64,000 nt of DNA from Tubulanus polymorphus (Eukaryota; Animalia; Nemertea). This document shows, in pieces, positions 39,725 through 51,179 of the stretch. A program made the translations under genes and the position numbers. Numbering within the stretch: position 1 is the stretch's first letter; each line of letters begins with the position of its first letter. The stretch spans positions 124,001-188,000 of the forward strand of contig NC_134031.1 of NCBI RefSeq assembly GCF_964204645.1, written 5' to 3'. Below the pieces are notes generated by a model, which was not told where the DNA came from, did no database searches, and saw nothing but the letters and a program-made list of their open reading frames with translations.

Positions 39725-42700
39725 ATGGAAAATAAACATTTATGTCACCATTTTGTATCTCAAGATGTGTTTAGTACATCAAAGGAGCCGTTATCCGTCT
39801 GCGTGTCTAACACTGAGATATTTATAGCTACTGCCGACCCGAAAATAGAGATATATAAACTAGGAGAAACTAAAACTGGAAAAATACAATCTTTACAATC
39901 GATGTCAACAATTCAGACAATGAGTTATAGTAATAAAGGTGAGTTTGAATAGACAGGAGACTGAGGAGGGCCGACTGACCACAGCACAGGAGGCTGAGGA
40001 GGGCGGACTGACCAAAGCACAGGAGGCTGAGGAGGGCGGACTGACCACAGCACAGGAGGCTGAGGAGGGCTGACTGACCACAGCACAGGAGGCTGAGGAG
40101 GGCGGACTGACCACAGCACAGGAGGCTGAGGAGGGCGGACTGACCACAGAACAGGAGGCTGAGGAGGGCGGACTGACCACAGCACAGGAGGCTGAGGAGG
40201 GCGGACTGACCACAGCACAGGAGGCTGAGGAGGGCGGACTGACCACAGCACAGGAGGCTGAGGAGGGCGGACTGACCACAGCACAGGAGGCTGAGGAGGG
40301 CGGACTGACCACAGAACAGGAGGCTGAGGAGGGCGGACTGACCACAGCACAGGAGGCTGAGGAGGGCGGACTGACCACAGCACAGGAGGCTGAGGAGGGC
40401 GGACTGACCACAGCACAGGAGGCTGAGGAGGGCGGACTGACCACAGCACAGGAGGCTGAGGAGGGCGGACTGACCACAGCACAGGGCTTTGAGTTGTCGG
40501 AACTGTAATTACAATAGTCTGTTAATCCAGTACCTACAACTTGAGTCCCTGGGTCTGTGCAATTGACAAGTAAATTCTCCTGAGAGATATAGAGTCCACG
40601 GCATGTAAATATCCAGTCAGGTGACAGTTGACAGGCGTGCAGTTTTACTCGACTATTATTTTTATTTCAGGTGAATATATTGTAACATTAGAGAAGAATT
40701 CAAGAGATGAAAGATTTGCACGTGTTTATATGAACTGGAGAGATGGGAATTTAAATGCACAGAAAGCGATTGTCGCCGGAAAAGTGAAACATTTACTCAA
40801 TAAATCATCTCGTAATTCACCGTTTTTATTAGTGATTGAAATCCCGACTCAAGGTTCGCCGACGAGTTTTACGTGTTGTAGTGAAACCGGTAATATAGGG
40901 TTAACCTACGAGTTCGGATCGAGGAATACCGTTTCTATTTATAGATTCGATCGCTATAGTCAACAATACGGAGATTTCTTCCGTTATTTAGAGGTCGATT
41001 TCAGTTTCCCGTTAATTAACTGCTCGTTATGCGAGAACTATTTGAGCGTTTGTTCAGAGTTCGACGTTCAAATTATTCAAATTCACCAGCGGTTTGAGGA
41101 AGTTCGTAGGCGGAGTTTTGCTTTAGGGGCATGTGAGGAGGCGGAGTCTAATATGGAACCGTTCGATGATTGGTCGATCGTCGATCGTTATCACGAGAAT
41201 ATCGACTTTGATGATTTACAAACGAAATCAATTGAACAAAATTCTGCAGGTAAAAATAATTTGATAATTAAAAAAAAAACAAATCAGAAATCATTAAAAT
41301 TGTGGATAAAACTCATAAAACTGTGGAGTAAAATAACACAGAAATTCACGATCAGTTTGAGACGACTGATCGAAGGATGAATTTGTGCTGTGTTATTTTA
41401 TTTCTCCAGTTTAGGGTTGAATCAAGTGATTTGAATCGATGACATTTATTTCAGAAAATCTCGGTCATCGTGCTATGACTGTAGGTCACAAACGCAACAT
41501 GAATATTTCAGGCTACAATTTACCGAAGTTAATTAATTTACCATCGATCGAATCGGCTCGAGAATTAGAACAACAATTAGCGGAGATTAATGGAATAGAA
41601 GTTTTAGGGATGATTGATTCTATACCGGGGCATCCTGTATCGGTTAAACTGAAAGATAGAAAAATCTCATCACAATCAGGTAAATATATATATATATACT
41701 ACTCATCTTTCTAAAATCCTTCAGTAAATATATCCTAAACTCATCCTCCTAGACCCTCGACAAATATATCCTAAACTCATAATCCTAGACCCTCGAAAAA
41801 TATATCCTAAACTCCTGCTAGACCTTCGACAAATATATCCTAAACTCATACTCCTAGACCCCCGACAAATATATCCTAAACTCATCCTCCTAGACCCTCG
41901 ACAAATATATCCTAAACTCATACTCCTAGACCCTCGACAAATATATCCTAAACTCATACTCCTAGACCCCGAAAATATCTTCAATTAGACCCTAAACCCG
42001 TATATTCACTGCGGTAAAGTGAACTGTGATATATTTGTAGATGATGGAAGTAAATCAGTATTCACACAGAGAACATGTGTTTATAGAAGGTTTAAGAAGT
42101 CACGTTTAGATAGATTATTATCTGTAGAACTGATTCCAACCTACAGATCATCATCCGTTCTCTCTTCCGATGACGCAGATTTCTTAACGTCTAATCTCAG
42201 AGATAATCTCGCCGGGATGGCCTGTCTCGTTAGTTCACGTAATCATTGTTACATGTATAATGTCATGGAAACGCCGAGATTGTTGTCAACGTATGATTTC
42301 CCATTGGATACGGTGAATAAGGTATCAACCAATCAGAATTAGGATTATTCAAGTCTCATGGTTTTAACGGAGAGTAGGTCGGATTAATGGATTATCTATT
42401 ATATTTATAGGTAATAATAGGAGATAATCTAATCCATACGGTTTCTAATGATGGATTAAATACTTACACTTCACGCCATTTTGTGTCAGTTTTACATCAT
42501 TTAAAAGACTGCTCTGATATCAGTAAGGTAAGTCGTAGTCTGACGTCAATTCAAATTATCAACTGTTTATTTTGTGTTTAATGTCAGTAATGTCTGTGTG
42601 TTTAATAGATCTGTCCCCCGGTGACTCTACCCCCTTGTAACATCGGAATACAGAAATTCATATTAGGTAAAATACAAGATGCGTGCGTTTGCAACGAGTA

Positions 42701-45628
42701 CGTTATTCTATTGTGTAAGGCCGATACATACAGGTAACACTATCTTTCGGTATATAGTCCGATATCCAGTCCCGTGTCCGGCCTGTATCAATCTGTCTTA
42801 TATTTATATTTCTAGTGATTCCAATGCGTGGAGTATTTATGCATTGAAAAATCCAGCTTCCTACAATCTGAGCTCTGATGTAGTAAGTAATCTTCACCTC
42901 ACAGTGAGGGGAGGGAGAGGGGAAGGGAGGGAGAGGGGAGGGAGAGGGGAAGGGAGGGTGAGGGGAGGTGTTCACAAAATATGGTAATGCAAAATATAGT
43001 TGACTTTCTTTCCCAAAATCTACGCAATTTTCAAGCATTTTCTACATAAGTTTACAATTTCTGACCCCTATATTGATGCGTATAGACTTTTATATAAACG
43101 ACCCCTAAGTTTCAGTAAGTCTATTCTCCTCCTAACTGTGAACCCTGTTTGTGGTGTATATTTTCAGTATGAAATGGCAGTGAGTTTAAAGACTGATAGT
43201 TTCACCGATCACTATCAGTTATTACAGGAATCGTGGTTATTGTTTCTGTGGAGTGAAAGGTTTACTAGATTTCACAGTAATAAACAAACTGTTTCAGATC
43301 AGTTAAACATCGTACAATTAAAATATGATATAGCAGCAACGTTAGCGGATTATTATGCATTGTAAGTAAACCATAACTTTGTTCTGAACTCAGTTCTACA
43401 GTTCTGGACCTAGTTCTACAACACTGGACCTAGTTCTACAGTTCTGGACTCAGGTCAGCAGTTCTGAACCCAGTTCTACAGTTCTGGGTTCAGTTCTACA
43501 GTTCTGAACCCAGTTCAGCAGTTCTGAACTCAGTTTTACAGTTCTGGTCCCAGTTCCGCAGTTCTGAACTCAGTTCCACAGTTCTGGACTCAGGTCAGCA
43601 GTTCTGGACTCAGTTTTACAGTTCTGGTCCCAGTTCCGCAGTTCTGAGCCCAGTTCTACAGTTCTGGACATAGTTCAGCAGTTCTGGACTCAGTTTTACA
43701 GTTCTGGACTCAGGTCAGCAGTTCTGGACTCAGTTTTACAGTTCTGGACTCAGTTCTACAGTTCTGGACTCAGTTTTACAGTTCTGGACTCAGGTCAGCA
43801 GTTCTGGACTCAGTTTTACAGTTCTGGACCTAGTTTAGCAGTTCAGAACACTGGGAAAGACTGGTAATAAATTTTAACTAGCAAAAGGATAAAAGAATTC
43901 ATATTAGTCGATAAAACCTGTCACTGATGCAGAATATCCAATGTCGCGATCATGTTCGTTATAATTGAGTTTGTTTATATTTTAGACCTCACAGACAGCA
44001 GTGGAATTTGGCTCTTCCATTTTATCAATTATCTGGACGTTCATTAGAATCGATTGTTACTCAAAACTGTGGATCAAATGTAAATATTACCATCTACGGT
44101 TTAATATAACCATGATTTAAATAGCTCGAACCATGCGAATAACACGGTTTATTTAAACCATATTTCAGGAGTTAAAACCGTGTTACGGTCGAGGATTTCT
44201 CAACTATTTGAATTTCATGGTTTTCGATGAGAAATCTTTAGAGATCGGGGAAGCTTGCGCCAATCAGATTTTACAAATTTATTCTCAAGAAGCTCCGGAG
44301 AAATTATCCACAATTATTCTCAATTCTAACATCAACAAATACAAAACTGGTAAAATTCTAAATACGACGAAATATTTATCATAATTTCCTTATTTCTGAT
44401 TGTAATGTTTTATCAGTTTTACGTTTTTTTGTGTTTTTATAGAATTAGTTTTGATTCTGATGAATGATTGGATTTTAACTACCGAAAATGAACAGTAAGT
44501 TTCAGATCATTGGTAGAATTTTCCTGTATTCGTTTTAAAGTTAAGAAACTGAAATGCGTTTGTATTTTATAGGTTTTTGGATCTGGATTATTTAGCTTTA
44601 TCGATTCTGAATTTAAAAGTTGGCGAATTGGACACTGCCAAAAGCTATCTGTCTAAAATATCACAGGTTAGTAATAATGAGAGGTAGGGGGTTCGGGAGG
44701 TCACCTCTCACTCAGGATCCAGATTCACAGTTGCAAGTTAAGATTTCACTCAAGAATTAACTCATTGCCAATAAGCTAAGTTTAACTCAGAGCAACCTGA
44801 GTTCAGAGTTAACTCTAACTCACAACTGTGGAACTGGATCCTGAGTTCAGAGTTAACTCTAACTCACAACTGTAGAACTGGGTCCTGAAGAGTTATGTCT
44901 TCAATTTTGTATATTTCTTCTTTTTGTAGGAAAGTTTGATTAGAATTTGTGCAGAAATTCCACACTTATTTATAAATGAAAAGTTCACAGATCTTTCACA
45001 GGTTCGATATTTATAATATTTTTAGAAACTAGAAACATTTTCTAGAATTACTTGTATTGAAATTAAGCGATTAATTATTGTTTGTATTTTGTAGATGATT
45101 CGTTGTGAAAACAGTGATTTATTTATTCAACTTTTACTCATTCTACAAGATAAACACATCAATAACTACTACTATATATTAAACCTACTCAAGGTTAGCA
45201 CTAACTATTTCCATCTTAAATCATGGTTTGTAGCAAGTTTAACGAGTGCTGCTTTTTGTAAAAAAAATGGTCAAGGTCCTGATTTATGCTACTTTTGACT
45301 CACAAGTTACCCACTTTGGTATTGATAAGTAAAACAATACTTGAGATACTGGTATTTTACCATAGTGCATGTGCTCAGGGTCAGTCCGGGTTCATGAAGG
45401 TTATTGTGATGGTTTGAGTAGTTACAATGTCTAGTGATTAATACTAGAAACCGTGTTAATTTGGAGCTGAATTATTTTCTTCCAAATTAGCTTCACATTT
45501 AATGATTCACAACTGTGGAACTGGATCTAAATTTCTCTTTTCTCTGTTTCTAGGGTGTAGATGGTGCTGAGACCAATGATTATGTGAATTTTCTAGAACG
45601 CGTATTATCAGGTACTGGTACCTGCTGG

Positions 45629-45661
<33 letters not shown>

Positions 45662-48600
45662 GGTGGTCATCATGTTCTTTTATTCAAACTTTTACTATCA
45701 ATAATCTTATTCATTCTATTTTTTAGATGAGAGCAGGAAATCTGTTTATCCATCGTTAGCTGTAAGTATTTAAAAACATGTACATCATCCTGTACACAAG
45801 TGCATGTTACATGTACATGTTACATGTACCTCTTCCTGTACACAAGTACATGTTACATGTACATCATCCTGTACACAAGTACATGTTACATGTACATGTT
45901 ACATGTACCTCTTCCTGTACACAAGTATATGTTACATGTACATCATCCTGTACACAGGTACATGGTACATGTACATCGTCCTGTACATCTTCCAGTAAAT
46001 AAGTACATGGTACATATACATTTTCATGACATTTTACAGAAAGATTTGGCACTGATTTATATGAGACACATGAAGAAACAGCAGCTGCAGCTGCAGCTTC
46101 ACCCGAGCAGCTGTAGTACGACTGTTGTAAGTATTCAATGAATTATTGTCACTGTTTATATACTCGAGTTCAATACTGAAAATAATCATTGAATTTCAGC
46201 TGAAATCTGGAACTGGACATTTTGCAAACAGATTCAATTGGTTGAATAGTATGCCTCCATTTAACGGTATGTCACTGATTGAGGGGGGGGCTATGGGGGG
46301 GGGGGAGGGCGGACTACAAGGGGGTGGCTGCCTGGGCTGTAAAATTCAAACTTATTAGATTTATTTTCCAGGTTCAGCACCAGCTAATTACTGCATATAC
46401 CAGCAACATGAACGCTCCCCTCGCAGTGGAAGACATCAGGAACGCTCACCTCGCAGTGGAAGACATCAGGAACGCTCCCCTCACAGTGGAAGACATCAGG
46501 AACGCTCACCTCGCAGTGGAACTGAACAGGAGGACAGCACCAGGTCACAATGTTCATGTGTTCATTGTTATAAAACTCTGTTGAGCTTGCAGGTATAAAC
46601 TCTCCTCTCACAGTGGACCGGTCTGTGAGTAGATTAAACTCTCCTCTCGCAGTGGACCGGTCTGTGAGTAGATTAAACTCTCCTCTCGCAGTGGACCGGT
46701 CTGTGAGTAGATTAAACTCTCCTCTCACAGTGGACCGGTCTGTGAGTAGATTAAACTCTCCTCTCACAGTGGACCGGCGTGTGAGTAGATTAAACTCTCC
46801 TCTCGCAGTGGACCGGCGTGTGAGTAGATTAAACTCTCCTCTCGCAGTGGACCGGTCTGTGAGTAGATTAAACTCTCCTCTCGCAGTGGACCGGTCTGTG
46901 AGTAGATTAAACTCTCCTCTCGCAGTGGACCGGTCTGTGAGTAGATTAAACTCTCCTCTCGCAGTGGACCGGTCTGTGAGTAGATTAAACTCTCCTCTCG
47001 CAGTGGACCGGTCTGTGAGTAGATTAAACTCTCCTCTCGCAGTGGACCGGTCTGTGAGTAGATTAAACTCTCCTCTCGCAGTGGACCGGTCTGTGAGTAG
47101 ATTAAACTCTCCTCTCGCAGTGGACCGGTCTGTGAGTAGATTAAACTCTCCTCTCGCAGTGGACCGGTCTGTGAGTAGATTAAACTCTCCTCTCGCAGTG
47201 GACCGGTCTGTGAGTAGATTAAACTCTCCTCTCGCAGTGGACCGGTCTGTGAGTAGATTAAACTCTCCTCTCACAGTGGACCGGTCTGTGAGTAGATTAA
47301 ACTCTCCTCTCACAGTGGACCGGCGTGTGAGTAGATTAAACTCTCCTCTCACAGTGGACCGGTCTGTGAGTAGATTAAACTCTCCTCTCACAGTGGACCG
47401 GTCTGTGAGTAGATTAAACTCTCCTCTCGCAGTGGACCGGTCTGTGAGTAGATTAAACTCTCCTCTCACAGTGGACCAGTCTGTGAGTAGATTAAACTCT
47501 CCTCTCACAGTGGACCAGTCTGTGAGTAGATTAAACTCTCCTCTCACAGTGGACCGGTCTGTGAGTAGATTAAACTCTCCTCTCACAGTGGACCGGTCTG
47601 TGAGTAGATTAAACTCTCCTCTCACAGTGGACCGGCGTGTGAGTAGATTAAACTCTCCTCTCACAGTGGACCGGTCTGTGAGTAGATTAAACTCTCCTCT
47701 CACAGTGGACCGGTCTGTGAGTAGATTAAACTCTCCTCTCACAGTGGATCGGTCTGTGAGTAGATTAAACTCTCCTCTCGCAGTGGACCGGTCTGTGAGT
47801 AGATTAAACTCTCCTCTCGCAGTGGACCGGTCTGTGAGTAGATTAAACTCTCCTCTCACAGTGGATCGGTCTGTGAGTAGATTAAACTCTCCTCTCGCAG
47901 TGGACCGGTCTGTGAGTAGATTAAACTCTCCTCTCACAGTGGACCGGTCTGTGAGTAGATTAAACTCTCCTCTCACAGTGGACCGGTCTGTGAGTAGATT
48001 AAACTCTCCTCTCGCAGTGGACCGGTCTGTGAGTAGATTAAACTCTCCTCTCGCAGTGGACCGGTCTGTGAGTAGATTAAACTCTCCTCTCACAGTGGAC
48101 CGGTCTGTGAGTAGATTAAACTCTCCTTTCACAGTGGACCGGTCTGTGAGTAGATTAAACTCTCCTCTCACAGTGGACCGGTCTGTGAGTAGATTAAACT
48201 CTCCTCTCACAGTGGACCGGTCTGTGAGTTGATTAAACTCTCCTCTCACAGTGGACCGGTCTGTGAGTAGATTAAACTCTCCTCTCACAGTGGACCGGTC
48301 TGTGAGTAGATTAAACTCTCCTCTCACAGTGGACCGGTCTGTGAGTAGATTAAACTCTCCTCTCACAGTGGACCGGTCTGTGAGTAGATTAAACTCTCCT
48401 CTCACAGTGGATGATATCTTTTACAGATGTTATTGAGTTCAGATGAGGCGACAGAGGAACTACTTTCATCGGTGAATGCTGAGATTACTACACCGAGTGA
48501 TAAGGCAGAATATAGTTCTATTTGGGTATTATGTAATATATACGATAATACTGAGAGAATAGTGAACTATTTACTGCAATTAAACCCATTAGTTTTACCA

Positions 48601-49201
48601 ATATGTATTAATGAAATTATTCTTACTAAATCTGGCAGAAAAATTAACGTAAGTTTAAATTTTAGATATTCAAATATTCATCATTTTCAGAAAGAGCTGA
48701 AACTTTACCTTTAATGTGTTTTAGTGTAAACAGCTGATTGAGAATCTGACTCAGAAATTAAAACAACTCGATTCTAAAACACAGCGTGAAACAGATTGTG
48801 AAACAGAGTGTGATATTGAGTTTGAAACAGAGTGTGAAATTGAGTTTGAACTGATGAAAAATATCTATAAAGGTAAAACTATATTTTCATTCTAACTGAA
48901 TCCAGTTGCATAGTAGAAATATTTAATTTTCAATGAGTTAACTTTCTCTATGTCTAAATCTAAAGACACAAATCTTTGAAACTAGAATTTTACTGCAAGT
49001 TAAAACTCAGTTTTAAAGTTATTAATTTCTATTTCAGAAATTCTGCTCGGTTTAACAAAGCGTCTCAACATCCACGAATTTCTACAATTGTTGCCTAGCG
49101 ACGGTTGCTACGCATTCTTTCACCGTTTGATTTGTGAATGTATAAAATATTACAACGCACAGAAAATACTGGACTCTATTATGGACCGTGTTCAAACGTG
49201 A
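39725..49201 (+). CDS. HPS3: BLOC-2 subunit Hermansky-Pudlak syndrome 3 protein homolog, multi-exon
   Basis: N-terminal HHFVSQDV...EP...YSNKGEYIVTLE...ARVYMNWR, RFNWLNSMPPF, and C-terminal FLQLLPSDG..AFF all resemble recalled HPS3. Canonical GT-AG junctions keep the frame. Confidence 0.88.
39953..40483. repeat. 33-bp intronic minisatellite
   Basis: ACAGGAGGCTGAGGAGGGCGGACTGACCACAGC about 16 times. Confidence 0.95.
41722..41980. repeat. 36-bp intronic minisatellite
   Basis: AATATATCCTAAACTCATACTCCTAGACCCTCGACA about 7 times. Confidence 0.9.
43380..43850. repeat. ~20-bp minisatellite (CAGTTCTGGACTCAGTT)
   Basis: Opposite-orientation relative of the 33320 array. Confidence 0.9.
44711..44888. 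mobile_element. MITE-like element with CTCAGGATCCAG ends and a duplicated right end
   Basis: CTCAGGATCCAGATTCACAGTTG ... CAACTGTGGAACTGGATCCTGAG. Confidence 0.65.
45777..46015. repeat. ACATGT-rich intronic minisatellite
   Basis: Repeated CCTGTACACAAGTACATGTTACATGTAC. Confidence 0.9.
46597..48411. repeat. 39-bp satellite (about 46 units) filling HPS3 intron 46593-48426
   Basis: ATTAAACTCTCCTCTC(A/G)CAGTGGACCGGTCTGTGAGTAG. Confidence 0.98.
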
Positions 49202-49389
49202 CAGACGGACTACCTTCAAAACATCAGACCGCGTTCAAATGGACTAGGTTCAAACATCAGACCGCGTTCAAACGGACTACGTTCAAACATCAGACCGCGT
49301 TCAAACATGACACTGACAAGTAGCACCTCCCATCATCAATGAAAGGACCTGCTCTCTCCCTATTCCAACTAGGATGGTGCTGCTGCCCA

Positions 49390-50001
49390 GCTGGGGTCAA
49401 TCAGTGTTCAACTGGGGTCAATCAGTGTTCAACTGGGGTCAATCAGTGTTCAACTGGGGTCAATCAGTGTTCAACTGGGGTCAATCAGTGTTCAACTGGG
49501 GTCAATCAGTGTTCAACTGGGGTCAATCAGTGTTCAACTGGGGTCAATCAGTGTTCAACTGGGGTCAATCAGTGTTCAACTGGGGTCAATCAGTGTTCAG
49601 CTGGGGTCAATCAGTGTTCAGCTGGGGTCAATCAGTGTTCAACTGGGGTCAATCAGTGTTCAACTGGGGTCAATCAGTGTTCAGCTGGGGTCAATCAGTG
49701 TTCAACTGGGGTCAATCAGTGTTCAACTGGGGTCAATCAGTGTTCAGCTGGGGTCAATCAGTGTTCAGCTGGGGTCAATCAGTGTTCAACTGGGGTCAAT
49801 CAGTGTTCAACTGGGGTCAATCAGTGTTCAACTGGGGTCAATCAGTGTTCAACTGGGGTCAATCAGTGTTCAACTGGGGTCAATCAGTGTTCAACTGGGG
49901 TCAATCAGTGTTCAACTGGGGTCAATCAGTGTTCAACTGGGGTCAATCAGTGTTCAACTGGGGTCAATCAGTGTTCAACTGGGGTCAATCAGTGTTCAGC
50001 T
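49390..50001. repeat. 21-bp minisatellite CTGGGGTCAATCAGTGTTCA(A/G)
   Basis: About 29 units in the HPS3 3' region. Confidence 0.98.
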
Positions 50002-50179
50002 GCAATTTATTCTGTTTTTCCTCTTGTTATAGTTTAAATTTGGAATGAAAATTGTATTCAAGAAAAAAGACAAAGTTTGTTGAATTATTTACATGTTGTT
50101 TATTTCTTAATTATTTGTGTGAAAATATACAGATTTTCATTCATGCTTTAAACAGTAGGTTTAACCTTACAACTGCCTT

Positions 50180-50587
50180 CCGTAGACTAGGTTAATCTCA
50201 ACCTACCGTAGACTAGGTTTACTTCAACCTACCGTAGACTAGGTTTACTTCAACCTACCGTAGACTAGGTTTACTTCAACCTACCGTAGACTAGGTTAAC
50301 CTCAACCTACTGTAGACTAGGTTAATCTCAACCTACCGTAGACTAGGTTAATCTCAACCTACCGTAGACTAGGTTTACTTCAACCTACCGTAGACTAGGT
50401 TTACTTCAACCTACCATAGACTAGGTTTACTTCAACCTACCGTAGACTAGGTTAACCTCAACCTACTGTAGACTAGGTTAACCTCAACCTACTGTAGACT
50501 AGGTTAACCTCAACCTACCGTAGACTAGGTTAACCTCAACCTACTGTAGACTAGGTTAACCTCAACCTACTGTAGACTAGGTTTACT
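50180..50587. repeat. 26-bp minisatellite CTACCGTAGACTAGGTTAACCTCAAC
   Basis: About 15 units in the MAN1B1 3' region. Confidence 0.95.
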
Positions 50588-51179
50588 ACTGTCCTACGTG
50601 GTAACCCTCTGTAGGAATGTTTCCTCTTTATAAAAGCCAGCATTTTTTAATATGGACAACTTCAATATTTACACTACATTGTAACTTGTATAGTTGGTTA
50701 CATTGTATCTACAGCACATTGAATACATTGTATCAGTTTTACACACATTGTTACAGAGCTCATTGATTGATTTTGATTTCAACTAAATACAGAGATATCA
50801 ATCTGTAACCTGGAGCCATCCCTCTTCAGCCTGGAACCACCCCCCTTCAGCCCGGAACCACCCTTTCTATAATTCCGATGCAGATTGACACGTAATACAG
50901 TTTACACAACAGTTCATACATAGTCGATATTTAAATATTATTCATTTTACTCTTGATTTAATTAACTGAATATTAATTCACAGTTTAACTGCTTCCTAAT
51001 TCAGTAATGTGCGTAGGTAATTCTGAAACAGTTATAGAAAAGAACTGTTACAGACATTCAGAGGCAGGGGAGGGGGAGGCAGTGGGATGATAGGGAGGAG
51101 GGAGAAGGGGGTTAGAGGGAGGAGGGAGAAGGGGGTTAGAGAGAGAAGAGAGCGGAAGAGAAAGAGGAGACAGATACTA

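Noticed and set aside
46384-48405. 673-aa and 539-aa repeat ORFs
   Set aside because: Artefacts of a stop-free 39-bp satellite inside an HPS3 intron.
49339-50048. (GVNQCST)n ORFs resembling antifreeze-type repeats
   Set aside because: A 21-bp array in a 3'UTR region, open in multiple frames, with no independent gene signals.
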